DNA of 64,000 nt from an uncultured Actinomycetota bacterium (GTDB taxonomy: Bacteria > Actinomycetota > Acidimicrobiia > Acidimicrobiales > RAAP-2): assembly GCA_963824265.1 (NCBI GenBank), contig CAWGOO010000002.1, forward strand, positions 316,744 to 380,743, given 5' to 3'. The position numbers and the translations under genes are program-made. The notes beneath the pieces were generated by a model. The model did no database searches, had not been told where the DNA came from, and saw only the letters and a program-made list of their open reading frames with translations. Positions 27,229 through 37,470 of the stretch are shown piece after piece (the stretch's first letter is position 1; each line of letters starts with the position of its first letter).

Positions 27229-30200
27229 GTGAGATCGCCCTTCGTCGGTCGCGACCCGGAGCTGGCCGCCGTCGTCGGGGCAATCGACACTTCCCGCGAC
27301 GGCAAGGGCATGCTCGTCCTGATCGGCGGGGAGAGCGGGGTCGGCAAGACCCGCCTCGTGACGGAAGCGACGCTGACGGTCGGTCCGGCGACCACGGTCC
27401 TGTTCGGCTCGGCGCTCGACATGACGGAGAAGCGGCCTTTCTCGCCGGTGACCGATGCGCTCCGACGATTCCTCGAAGACGACGGATCGGAATGGGCGAC
27501 GGACGTCATCCGGCCGTGGTGGCCGTCGCTCTCGCGCTTACTCCATCTCGACATCCCCGACCGCGCAACGACGTCTGGCTCGCACGACGCCAACCCGGCC
27601 CCACCAGCGCCCACCGAACTGCCCGAAGTGGAGCTCTTGTGCCAGGTCATCGGCGCTCTGGCCGGTGCGCGTCCGCTCGTCTTCGTGCTGGAAGATCTTC
27701 AGTGGGCGGACCACTCGACGCGTGACCTTCTCTTGTACGCCCTGACCAATCTCGTCGATGCCTCCGTGACCATCCTGGCCACGTATCGGAGTTGACGCGA
27801 TCGGGAAGGCCCACCCGCTCCGGCGGCTTCTCGCAGAGCTGGTCCGGAATCGGCGGGTCCTCTCGATCGAGCTCGCGCCGGGCGATCGGGTGGCCATCGG
27901 CGTGTTGGTGGCAGTGGTGACCGCCGATGCCACCGGATTGGGCGCCTTCGAGGAGACCGTCTGGCAACGGTCGGGGGGGAACTTTTTCATCGCCGAAGAG
28001 ACCTTGCGCTCGATCATGGAAGGCCGGGGCACCGAAGTCCCCCATACGCTGCGCCAGATCGTTCTCGGACGGGTCGATGCTATGGCGGACGACGTCCAGC
28101 GCATCCTCCACGCCGTAGCGATCGCCGGCGAACCGGTGTCCCACGAGCTCTTGTCCGCCGTTGTGGGGCTCGAGGACGCCGCGCTCCTGGTCGCTATCCG
28201 CTCTGCGGTGGACGCTTCCATCTTGGTCGCCGAAGTCGACCGCTCGGTGTACCGGTTCCGGCACGGGCTCTACCGGGAGGTGATCGTCGGCGAGCTGCTT
28301 CCCGGGGAGCGGCACACCCTCCACCTCCGCTTTGCCGAAGCCCTTACAGCCCTCGGCGACCCGGCCGACCCCCAGACCGTCACCCGTCTGGCCCATCACT
28401 GGAACGAGGCCCAGCAATGGCCGGCGGCGCTGAGCGCCACCGTCGCGGCGGCGGAGCACGCCCTGCTGGCGCACGGCTATTCGGAGGCGAGCGGCTACTG
28501 GCGCCGCAGCCTGCGATTGATCGAGCTCGTCAACCGGGACGACCTCGCGTTCACGCGAACCTTCCTCCTCGAGCGGGCGGCGGCCACTGCATCGCTGGCC
28601 GGAGAACACCTCGAGGCCGTCTCTCTCATGGAGGAGCGGATCCGAGCCGGGACCGAGGGGGCGGACGCGACGGCGCGGCTCTACCAGGAGCTCGCCCGTT
28701 TCCTGGAGAGCGCGGGGAACAACCGGGCGGCCCTGGCGGCCCACCAGCGCGCCGTTTCTCTCCTCGATGCCGAGACAGTCCACACCGGCGACGCCGGGGA
28801 TCTCGCCTTCGGCCCCAGATCACGAGCACGGGTACTCAACGGCCTGGCCCACGGGTTGCTCATCACCGGCCAGTACGGTCCCGCCCGAACCGAGGCCGAG
28901 CGGGCGGCGGCGCTCGCGGAAGAAGCCGGGGACGGGACCGAGCTCGCCCGAGCCCTGGCCACGTTGGGCTTCAGCCTGGCGTACCTCGAAGATCCCGAGG
29001 CCGGAGTCGCGGCGCTCCATAGATCTCTGCGGACCGCCGAGGAGCAGGGGCGACCGACTGATATCGCCAGAGTCTTGGTTGACCTGTCCGGGTTGCATGC
29101 GGGGCCGCTCAACCAGCTCGAAGCGGCTCTGACCATGGCCCGAGGGGGGGCCGAGCGCGTGGCGATGCTCGGATTGGAACGGACCTTTGGCGCCGAGCTG
29201 CGGGCCGTGGCCGCCAACACCCTCTTTCGTCTTGGGCGGTGGGCAGAGGGGGATGCCGAGCTGTCTCTGGCGCTCGCGGCAAGGCCGACCGGCGTACAGG
29301 CGATCGAGCTCCGGCTGGCGCGAGCGAAGCTCCTCGTCGGTCGAGGCGACACGAGCGAGGCCGAGGACGAGCTCGAAGCACTGGAGACCCTCTTGGCCGA
29401 ATCCGTCGGTCCGCGGGACCGGGTCCCGCTCCTGACTCTCCGAGCCGGCGTGGCCCTCTGGCAGGGCCGCACCGGTGCGGCCTGCGACGCCGTGCTCGCC
29501 GGCTTCGAGATCGTGCCCCCGAGCTCCGACGACCTTTGGCTGGTGGCGCCATTGGTGTGGCACGGCCTCAGGGCACTCGGTGACCAAGCGGAGGGCATGA
29601 CCCGGGAGGGGGGTCGAGAGGCCCAAACGATCAGCCAGGCGGAGACCGTCTTCGTCGAGCGGATGCACTTGCTGGCGGCCCGGGCACCGAACGCGCCAGA
29701 CGCCCTCTCCCGGTGGGTGGGGGCCTACCTCGAGCTCTCGGAGGGCGAGTTGTCCCGGGCTCGACGAGCTCCGGACCCCGGCCCGTGGCTCCGGGCCGCT
29801 CACGCGTGGGAAGACCTGGGCCATCCCTACCCGACGGCGTATGCCTGGTTTCGCTACGCCGACGCCGCCTTCGCCCTTCGATCCCGGAGTGCCGACGCCT
29901 CGACGGCGTTGCTCCGAGCCCACGAGATCGCCTGTTCGCTCGAGGCGGAGCCCCTACTCGCGCTGGTCACGGCGTTGGCCGCCCGGGCGCGAGTAGCACT
30001 GGAGCCCGAACGGGTACCCACGGCCGAAACCGGTCGGACCGAGGAACGTCGCGCGGTTATGGCAACAGTTGCGAGTCTTTCCGCAGCTCCGGTTCGCACC
30101 ATGACGGCGGCCGCGCTGGGAGGTTTGACCGATCGAGAGCTCGTCGTGCTCGGGGAGATCGCCCAAGGTCGTTCGAACCGCGAGATCGCCGACCGGCTCT

Positions 30201-30325
30201 TCATCAGCCAGAAGACGGTAAGTGCTCACGTCTCCCATATCCTGAGCAAGCTCGGGGTTCGTTCTCGCGTGCAGGCATCCGCCGTCTTCTACCGGGCGAT
30301 GAGCTTGCCAGGTCAAGGGAAGTAA
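27229..30325 (+). CDS. Large ATP-binding LuxR-family regulator (AAA/NACHT-like ATPase - TPR-like helical repeats - LuxR HTH); frame break at 27792-27793
   Basis: N-terminus from ORF 27115..27795 (FVGRDPELAAV, LIGGESGVGKTRL, LVFVLEDLQWAD, ..ILATYRS*). It continues as DAIGKAHPLRRLLAEL.. in the frame of ORF 27890..30325. The C-terminus LTDRELVVLGEIAQGRSNREIADRLFISQKTVSAHVSHILSKLGV is a LuxR HTH. Confidence 0.85.
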
Positions 30326-30330
30326 ACAAG

Positions 30331-31107
30331 ATGCCTACTGGACCGGGTACGAGGCCATCCAACTCTGCAGTGTCGTCTACCGCGCCGGCCGCGCCGACTG
30401 CGCTATCGCCGAGCACCGTTCCCGAGGTCATCGCCGGCCTGGACAGCGTTCAGGCGCAGGCGGTGGCCGCCGACGACCGGGGCGCACGGGACGGCTTGGC
30501 GTGCTTCAACTACCTCTACCGGAGCATCACCGGAGAAGTCCTCCAGAGACTGGAACAACCTGACGGCTTCCAGGACAAACGATTCATGGCGGCCCTGGAC
30601 GTCGAGTTCGCGAAGCGGTACTTCCACGCGATAGCCCTCTATCAAGAGGGTCCGGCCAGCGCGCCGCGATCGTGGCGGGTGCTCCTCGACAAAAGGGCCG
30701 ACGCCACGATCGCCCCCCTCCAGTTCGCCGTGGCCGGGGTGAATGCCCACGTCAATTTCGATCTTGCCTTTGCGTTGGTGGCCGCCTGCCAATCCATCGG
30801 ATCACCACTCGGCTCCGACACCCAGCGGCAGGACTACCAATGCCTCAACCAGATCTTCGCCGACCAGATGACGTCGCTGCGCCATCACTTCGAGGACCTG
30901 GTCGAGCGGACCCTCGACCGGTCGGAGGTCAACGTGGTGAACAACACCGTTGACGACCTCATCGTCGTGCTCACCCGCGATGCCGCCTGGCACCGGGCCG
31001 AGCATCTCTGGAGTGTCCGAGACCAGGTGGCCGCCTTTCGGGCCGAGGAGGAGACGTTGGACATCCTCGTGGGCCTCGCCGGGCGGGGCTTGCTCGCCCA
31101 TCTCTGA
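30331..31107 (+). CDS. DUF5995-like protein
   Basis: Internal ATG 30331 of ORF 29713..31107. ..LACFNYLYRSITGEVL.., ..LQFAVAGVNAHVNFDLAFALV.. The family name is recalled from memory, not searched. Confidence 0.6.
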   Translation: MPTGPGTRPSNSAVSSTAPAAPTALSPSTVPEVIAGLDSVQAQAVAADDRGARDGLACFNYLYRSITGEVLQRLEQPDGFQDKRFMAALDVEFAKRYFHAIALYQEGPASAPRSWRVLLDKRADATIAPLQFAVAGVNAHVNFDLAFALVAACQSIGSPLGSDTQRQDYQCLNQIFADQMTSLRHHFEDLVERTLDRSEVNVVNNTVDDLIVVLTRDAAWHRAEHLWSVRDQVAAFRAEEETLDILVGLAGRGLLAHL

Positions 31108-31142
31108 CTGCCCCCACGGGCGGCCCAGGCCGGCGCCTGACT

Positions 31143-31162
31143 AGCCGGGGGTGAGCCCGGCT
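31143..31162 (+). terminator. Short hairpin after the DUF5995-like gene
   Basis: agccggg - ggtgag - cccggct, followed by tgctcgtcgtttgcc. Confidence 0.35.
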
Positions 31163-31409
31163 TGCTCGTCGTTTGCCAACCGCCGTGCGCTGGGTAATGG
31201 CCCTACACGTGCGAGAAGTTGGTTAGACAGAAGCCGCTTCTCGTACGCCCCCGAGCTTCGGCACCGACGTTGCTGTATTTGCAGGCAAGACCGGTGTTCA
31301 TCGAAGGGCGAGGAGGCTACCGTCACCCATAGACGTGTAGTCGTTTGCTTGGACCGTCCCTGACCCTGGGGCTTCGGGTGTCGCCTACCTTCGAAGAGGG
31401 TCGGAGTCC

Positions 31410-31745
31410 GTGCTCGAGTACTTTCAGGCAGTGCTGATCAGGAACGGTTCCGAAACGACGGTGACGCTGAGAGGCGAGCTGGACCTGGTCGCGGCCGCGG
31501 CCGCCGAAGAGGTCGTGACGCAGGTGCTGGCCGATCCCGATACCGACGTGGTCCTCGACTTCGCTGATTTGACGTACCTCTCCGCCACCGGTGTGACTCC
31601 CCTGGTACGGCTCTCCGTTGCACTGGAGGGCACGGGCCGACGCCTGACCGCCCGCAATGCGTCCCGTACGGTCGCCCTGGTTCTTACGTTCACGCCGATC
31701 GAAGTGGAAGACGAGCCGATGAGCGAGGTCGTGGCCACCGCTTGA
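31410..31745 (+). CDS. STAS-domain protein (anti-sigma-factor antagonist, SpoIIAA-like)
   Basis: ORF 31410..31745. TVTLRGELDLVAAAAAEEVV..VVLDFADLTYLSATGVTPLVRL. Confidence 0.75.
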   Translation: MLEYFQAVLIRNGSETTVTLRGELDLVAAAAAEEVVTQVLADPDTDVVLDFADLTYLSATGVTPLVRLSVALEGTGRRLTARNASRTVALVLTFTPIEVEDEPMSEVVATA

Positions 31746-31835
31746 CGAGGGGGCGGTCTGCCTTCGAGCTTTCGTCTCTCTACTAACGATCAGGTCTAGC
31801 CATCGGGTCGGCCTCCGTCAGGCTCAGGCCCCAGC

Positions 31836-32472
31836 TCAATGCCCCGCGTCGGACCCGCCGTCAATGGTGTCGGATCCCGGATGGCTTGGCGTCGCCACGT
31901 CCTCGACGGCATGGTCCAACTTGACGTGAGCGTTCGACAAGGCCCGACCGAGGGCGGTCCGAGGTGGCTTCGGTCGCTCAGACGCATGGCCAAGGGCCCG
32001 CTCGACGTCCGCGACGGCTACCTCACGCTGCTCCGGTGAGGTCATCGCCGTGTCGATCCGTTGGAGTACTCGATCCTCTCGGACCAGGATGGCCCGCAGC
32101 TGTCTGGTCACGTCTTCGAGCGTGTCCTCGAAACCTTGGGGGTCGGGGGCGTGCACGTTGCGGGGATCGACGTGCATCGTGCGCTCGTGGATCACCGTCA
32201 TGAGATCCCGTAGGGCGTCCCGGTCAAGTGCCAACTGTTCGACCTCGGCCCCTGTGGCCGGTGAGGCCAGTGGCCAGACCGCTCGCTCCAGCGTGTCTTC
32301 GTAGCGGGATGCCGACCGGACGAGCTCGGCCCCCAGATCCGCTCGCTCGACCAGAATCCTCGGTCACGTCGAGCCGGTCGAGGATCCGCTCGATCCTGGC
32401 CCGCTCCTCGTCGAGCGGCTCGGCGAGCCGAGCCGGTGCGCCGGCGCTCTTCGTTGCGTTGTTGTCAGCCAT
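31836..32472 (-). CDS. Hypothetical helical protein; frame break near 32355-32362
   Basis: ORF 32224..32472 (MADNNATKSAGAPARLAEPLDEERARIERILDRLDVTE) joins the extended frame of ORF 31836..32234 (ILVERADLGAELVRSASRYEDTLERAV...ALDRDALRDLMTVIHERT...). Confidence 0.5.
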
Positions 32473-32488
32473 GGATTTGCTCTACCCA

Positions 32489-32911
32489 CTAACCGTCCGG
32501 GTCGACGCTGAGTGACCCGCGGATCGGACGACCGCGGAGCAAAGGCCCTGTGAACGGCGTGCACTCTTTGCCCTGGAACGCCCGTTTCATACAGGACCGC
32601 ATCGTCGCCACCCCGTACGGTGACTCATGGCGATGACGAAGTGCCCCGGATGCAACCTCGTCGTGATCCACGACAAGGAGTCCGAGGAGCTCGAGTTCGA
32701 CCGCACTGAAGACCCGCCGGTGCTCCTCGTCGGCGGCGTTCCGATCCACCGCTGCCACCAACTCCCTGGGCCCGACGACGTCCCCGCCGAGAGCTCGTAG
32801 AGCCGGCAGAGAGTCGTAGCTCTCGGCGTCGCCGAAGGCGTACAGGTGAGTCGAGGGTCGTCGCCCAGCGACGGGCGTGTCGACGGGCGACGAGGGGTAT
32901 GGCGTTGCCAC
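32489..32911 (-). CDS. Hypothetical protein
   Basis: ORF 32489..32911 ends 17 nt upstream of the next minus-strand gene. The composition is protein-like, but no family was recognised. Confidence 0.45.
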   Translation of the reverse strand: MATPYPSSPVDTPVAGRRPSTHLYAFGDAESYDSLPALRALGGDVVGPRELVAAVDRNAADEEHRRVFSAVELELLGLLVVDHDEVASGALRHRHESPYGVATMRSCMKRAFQGKECTPFTGPLLRGRPIRGSLSVDPDG

Positions 32912-32943
32912 CAGTAGCCGCGACTGAGCGAAGGGAACAGCCC

Positions 32944-33128
32944 ATGCATGCGGTGGGGTACATCATCGGCATCATCATCGACCTGATCTTTGCCTTCGCC
33001 TGCGGGGCGATCGCCGGAAGAAGGGCCGGGGCAAGGTTCTCTGGGGGGTTCTCGGCTTCTTCTTCAGCATTCTCACCCTGGTCGTCGTGCTCCTCCTACC
33101 CCGAAAGAAGTGCGCCGTAAGTGCGTGA
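32944..33128 (+). CDS. Small two-TM membrane protein; frame break near 33015-33020
   Basis: MHAVGYIIGIIIDLIFAFACGAIAG (ORF 32899..33120 frame) continues as KKGRGKVLWGVLGFFFSILTLVVVLLLPRKKCAVSA* in the adjacent frame. Confidence 0.5.
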
Positions 33129-33142
33129 GTGACCGCCGGGCG

Positions 33143-33451
33143 ATGGCTGCGATGCTCCAACTGAAGAGAGAGACCTCTTTCGCCTTCGAGCTGCGCCGCG
33201 GCCGATTTGATATTTCCGTCGACGGCGCGAGTGTCGGGACGATCGACCACGACGAGACCGTCGAGGTGCCGGTAGAACCCGGCTCCCACACCCTCCGCCT
33301 CCAGGCGGGCCGGTACTCGAGCCGAGAGCTCACCTTCGAGGCGGCCGACGGCGCGACCGTCAGCTTCCGCTGCCACGGTGCCACTATCTGGCCGACCTAC
33401 GTCGCATCGATCGCCAGACCCGAACTGGCGATCTCACTGAGACAAGCTTGA
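33143..33451 (+). CDS. Hypothetical small beta-rich protein
   Basis: Internal ATG 33143 of ORF 32990..33451. MAAMLQLKRETSFAFELRRGRFDISVDGASVGTIDHDETVEVPVEPGSHTLRLQAG.. Confidence 0.5.
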   Translation: MAAMLQLKRETSFAFELRRGRFDISVDGASVGTIDHDETVEVPVEPGSHTLRLQAGRYSSRELTFEAADGATVSFRCHGATIWPTYVASIARPELAISLRQA

Positions 33452-33520
33452 GGTCGTCGACAAATGGCTCGTGAGCTCGGCGTAACAATGCCCCACTCGC
33501 CGAGCCACCGGCGGAACCGC

Positions 33521-34591
33521 TCAGATCAATAGCCGGGCACCGGCGTAGTCGAGGACCACTGAGCCGAACTGGCTCAACTGGTTCGACCCCAAGGTCCCCG
33601 AGACGAGCGTGCTGGCCTTCGTCGGCGTGTCGGTCCGAACAAGATCCTGTGGCTGCAGCGGCGTGCCGTTGAGTGACCACGGACCACTCGTCACCAGCTT
33701 CTCCACGCTCGTGCAGGTGGCGCCCGACACCGGCGCCGACGAATGGGTGACCGGCAAGTTCAGCAACGACGCGGCCGAAGTCGCAACCGAGGAGTCGGCC
33801 GAACCGGTGTCCACGGCGAAGGTGAGGCGCTGAGCGGAGGTGCCGAACTGGACGGGAGCGAGGGCGAGAACGCCCCCGGTCAACCCGGACGCGATGTCGA
33901 TCGGCACGGTGACGGGTGACGGGTAGCCAACGAGTAGGTCGGGTGGAGTTGGGATCGTCGTCGGCCCTTTGACGAGGCCTGGCTTGCCGGTCTCGGCTCC
34001 TTCGGGACCGGGGAGCAGCAGCTTCTGACCCTGGTAGTCGATGCGGACGGCGCCGAAGCGGCTAAGGATGTCAGACCCCAACAGTCCCGCTGGGGCACGG
34101 TGGAGACCAAAGTTCGGAATGGCCGTCGACTCGACCGTCTGGCCCGTCAACCGAACGGAGCCAATCGACCACTCCTTGATCCGCACCGGTCGAGCGGTCC
34201 CTGCGCAGTTGACGCCCACCACCTTCGTCGCCGCTCCAGCTGAAGCGAGGTGTAGGGCCCGGACGACCTGGGTGTCGACGATGGACACCGAGGCTCCGGT
34301 GTCGAGGACGAGCGGGAATGGGCCCGTCCCGTTAATGCATGCCGAGACCAACGCGATGGCGGCGCCGGATGAAGCCTTGGTCACCGCCAAGGGGACCGAG
34401 CTGGCCGCCCCGGGCGTCGGCGTTACCGTCCGACACCGTCCCGCTGGGGGCAGTTGGAGCCGGTTGGAGTTTCCCGAGGCCGCCGGCGAGCTGACCAACA
34501 TCGATCCGAGCACCAATAGGACCATCGCCACGCCGGCCCACGGAGCTGGCCAGGCGGTGCGGTGGGGCGTTCCGATCACGATCCGACTCAT
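33521..34591 (-). CDS. Secreted two-lobed retropepsin-like aspartic protease
   Basis: ORF 33521..34591. Signal/TM segment WAGVAMVLLVLGSMLVSSPAASG. Two D-T-G motifs (LVLDTGASVSIV and FAVDTGSADSSV), each followed by a similar lobe. Confidence 0.75.
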   Translation of the reverse strand: MSRIVIGTPHRTAWPAPWAGVAMVLLVLGSMLVSSPAASGNSNRLQLPPAGRCRTVTPTPGAASSVPLAVTKASSGAAIALVSACINGTGPFPLVLDTGASVSIVDTQVVRALHLASAGAATKVVGVNCAGTARPVRIKEWSIGSVRLTGQTVESTAIPNFGLHRAPAGLLGSDILSRFGAVRIDYQGQKLLLPGPEGAETGKPGLVKGPTTIPTPPDLLVGYPSPVTVPIDIASGLTGGVLALAPVQFGTSAQRLTFAVDTGSADSSVATSAASLLNLPVTHSSAPVSGATCTSVEKLVTSGPWSLNGTPLQPQDLVRTDTPTKASTLVSGTLGSNQLSQFGSVVLDYAGARLLI

Positions 34592-34793
34592 ACCCGCAAA
34601 GCGCGGTCTCTCTCAGGAGGCCCTGGGCCGAGGTTCCGGGAGCGGTCGAACCTGCGTCAGTCAGCTCGAACGATGCGAGCGCGGGGCCTCGCCAAAAACC
34701 GGTTCGGACGTGACAAATCCCACACCCCGGTCGACTCGTGCGACGAGCACGTCGATGGCCCCGAGACGCCGCGCCCGGTAAGCGGAGACCGAG

Positions 34794-35297
34794 ATGGACG
34801 AAGGACGGGCCGTTGTTCAAGGCTGTAGCGGCCAGTTGAGCTACGGAGGCAACCAGTTGGCGCTTGTACAGCGGTTCGACCACGTTGGGATCACCGTCGC
34901 CGACCTGGACGCGGTTACTGAGTTCTTCGTCGGGCTGGGCCTGGAACTGGAAGGCAGGACGTTCATCGAAGGCGAGTTCCTCGACACCGTCATCGGCATC
35001 CCCAACTCCCGTACGGAGATCGTGATGTTGCGCACGCCAGACGAAGGCACCCGACTAGAGCTCTCCGCCTTCGAGCGGCCCGCCCACGATCCCGGATCAC
35101 CCGGCGCGATGGCCAACGAACTAGGTCTGCGCAATGTGGCCTTCGAGATCGATGACCTCCAAGGGGCCGTCGATCGGCTGACCGCGGACGGCTACGGGCT
35201 GGTCGGCGGCATCGGCGAGTACAAGAGCAGCTGGCGAATGGCCCACGTGCGGGGACCCGAGGGAATCATTGTTTCCCTCGCCGAGCGAGTCGATTGA
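34794..35297 (+). CDS. VOC family protein (glyoxalase-like)
   Basis: ORF 34794..35297. FDHVGITVADLDAVTEFF.., LRNVAFEIDDLQGAVDRL. The true start is probably downstream, near 34857. Confidence 0.75.
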   Translation: MDEGRAVVQGCSGQLSYGGNQLALVQRFDHVGITVADLDAVTEFFVGLGLELEGRTFIEGEFLDTVIGIPNSRTEIVMLRTPDEGTRLELSAFERPAHDPGSPGAMANELGLRNVAFEIDDLQGAVDRLTADGYGLVGGIGEYKSSWRMAHVRGPEGIIVSLAERVD

Positions 35298-35374
35298 GCG
35301 TACCCCTGCCGCTCTCGACGAGAGCCTCGGCAACGCGGCACAGGTTGACTTGTCGGGCCGGCACTGACACCGTG

Positions 35375-37327
35375 ATGGCGATACACGGCGGACCGCGGCG
35401 GTCGCCGAGAGGGGATGGCGAAGTGCACGCAGGGAAGAGGTTTGTCCGGGGAGCTGGGGCGGTCAGCCTGGCCATCGTGGTGGTCGGCGGAGGTGGCGCC
35501 ATGGCGACGTCGCTCCTCACCGGGGAGGCGATCGCCGGCGCGGCGACCACGTGCGTGACGGCGGGGAGCACCGGTCTGACGGCCGCGCTGGTCGCCACGA
35601 CAGGTGCCACCTACAGCGGCACAACGATCAACGCCGGCGGCTGCGACATCGGCATCTTCGTGACAGGGGTCTCTGGTGTGACCATCACAGGCGTCACGGT
35701 CACCGGAGCCAACGATCAGGGCATCCTGGCCGAGGACGCCACCGACCTGACGATCTCGCACTCGACCATCCAGACAAACGGACTGCACTCGGCACCGAAC
35801 GTGCCCCAGGCCTTCGCCATCAGTCTCTTCGGCGTCTCGACATCGGTGGCAACCGCCAACACCGTGACCGCCAATGGGCGGGGCGGTATCGGACTGATGG
35901 ACAACGGTCCCTTCAACCCGGGTGCCGCACAGCACGGACCACCCGATCTGTCGGCACCGTTGGTTCCCTCCAACAACGACGTGATCTCGGGCAACCGGCT
36001 CTCGGCGAACTATGCCGGCTGCGGCGTCGTGCTGGCCACCTTCAATCAGGGCAACACCATGACGACAGACGTCGTCTCCACAAACGTCGTCACCGGCACC
36101 CACGCCGTCGGCCCGACCGGTCCGGATGTGGGAGGGATCGTCGCCCAGTCCAATGGTCCGACATCCTCACTGAAGAACATCACGATCAGCGGCAACACGG
36201 TCACCGACTCGTACGAAGGCGGCATAATCGCCCACGCCGCCGCTCCGGGGTCGGGCACCTTCACAGTGGCCATCAGCGGCAACACCGTGTCCGGCAACAA
36301 CTGGGGGCTCACCAACGGGCCGACGGCCACCGTCGGGGTGATCGTCGGCTCCAGCGGGGCTCCAGGCACCAAGAACGTCGGGACCACCGTCACTGGGAAC
36401 ACGATGACCAGCCAGTTCTACGGGATCTGGTCGTCCGGACCGAATCCCCCGACGGTGTCCGGCAACAACATCACCGTCACTGCGGGAGGAACGGCCTTCT
36501 ACGTCGTCCCGGCGCCCGGCTCGGGGTACTGGAGCGTGGCTTCTGACGGCGGGATCTTCGCCTACGGCGCAGCCGGCTTCTATGGCTCGATGGGCGGCAC
36601 CCACCTCAACGCCCCCGTCGTCGGCATGGCCTCCACCGAGGACCAGGGCGGGTACTGGGAGGTGGCGTCCGACGGTGGCATCTTCGCCTTCGGCGATGCC
36701 CTGTACCAAGGGTCGATGGGCGGCACCCACCTGAACGCGCCCATCGTCGGCATGGCGGCCTCCCCGTTCGTGCCCGGCACAAACGGTGCCACAGCTACAC
36801 CCGCCGGAAAGGGCTACTACCTCGTCGCCTCCGACGGCGGTGTTTTCGCCTTCGGTGACGCGCACTTCTATGGATCGGCTGGCAGCCTCCACCTGAACAA
36901 GCCGATCGTCGGCATGGCCGCCACACCGAACGGCAAGGGCTACTGGCTGGTCGCCTCCGACGGAGGGGTTTTCGCCTATGGGACAGCCAAGTTCTTCGGC
37001 TCCACCGGTGGCACGCACCTCAACCAGCCGATCGTCGGCATGGCCGCCACACCGAGCGGCAAGGGTTACTGGCTCATCGCCGCCGACGGCGGCGTCTTCG
37101 CCTATGGGACAGCCAAGTTCTTCGGCTCCACCGGCGGCACGCACCTCAACCAGCCGATCGTCGGGTTGTCAGCGACGCCGAGCGGCAAGGGTTACTGGTT
37201 GACGGCCGCCGACGGCGGCGTCTTCGCCTATGGGACAGCCAAGTTCTTCGGGTCCGCCGGAAGCCTGCATCTCAACAAGCCGGTGGTCGGCATGTCGGCC
37301 GTCGGAGTGACGCTCTCGGGGGCGTAA
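35375..37327 (+). CDS. Secreted protein: right-handed parallel beta-helix (PbH1/NosD-like) domain plus six C-terminal 42-aa repeats (propeller-like)
   Basis: ORF 35294..37327, start uncertain (ATG 35375). Signal-like AVSLAIVVVGGGGAMA. PbH1-type turns are present (ITGVTVTGANDQGI, ISGNRLSANYAGCG, ITISGNTVTDSYEGG, ISGNTVSGNNWG, VTGNTMTS). Then six copies of GYWLVASDGGVFAYGxAxFxGSxGGxHLNxPIVGMAATPxGK. Confidence 0.8.
   Translation: MAIHGGPRRSPRGDGEVHAGKRFVRGAGAVSLAIVVVGGGGAMATSLLTGEAIAGAATTCVTAGSTGLTAALVATTGATYSGTTINAGGCDIGIFVTGVSGVTITGVTVTGANDQGILAEDATDLTISHSTIQTNGLHSAPNVPQAFAISLFGVSTSVATANTVTANGRGGIGLMDNGPFNPGAAQHGPPDLSAPLVPSNNDVISGNRLSANYAGCGVVLATFNQGNTMTTDVVSTNVVTGTHAVGPTGPDVGGIVAQSNGPTSSLKNITISGNTVTDSYEGGIIAHAAAPGSGTFTVAISGNTVSGNNWGLTNGPTATVGVIVGSSGAPGTKNVGTTVTGNTMTSQFYGIWSSGPNPPTVSGNNITVTAGGTAFYVVPAPGSGYWSVASDGGIFAYGAAGFYGSMGGTHLNAPVVGMASTEDQGGYWEVASDGGIFAFGDALYQGSMGGTHLNAPIVGMAASPFVPGTNGATATPAGKGYYLVASDGGVFAFGDAHFYGSAGSLHLNKPIVGMAATPNGKGYWLVASDGGVFAYGTAKFFGSTGGTHLNQPIVGMAATPSGKGYWLIAADGGVFAYGTAKFFGSTGGTHLNQPIVGLSATPSGKGYWLTAADGGVFAYGTAKFFGSAGSLHLNKPVVGMSAVGVTLSGA
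36938..37315 (+). repeat. Three near-identical tandem 126-bp units inside the CDS (the last three protein repeats)
   Basis: Units start at 36938, 37064 and 37190. The core ttcgcctatgggacagccaagttcttcgg is identical in all three. Units 1 and 2 are identical over about 75 nt except for one base. Confidence 0.85.
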
Positions 37328-37470
37328 CGGCCGCGACGGTCCACGTTGTCTTGACCCATCGTCGTTGATGTCTCGCGACATCACCGGGGGTCACGAGATA
37401 GCGCCCTTCAACGAGGGCTGACCCGGACACCCACCAGCCGGCCCGGCTGGTGGGTGTCCTCGCGTCCGAT

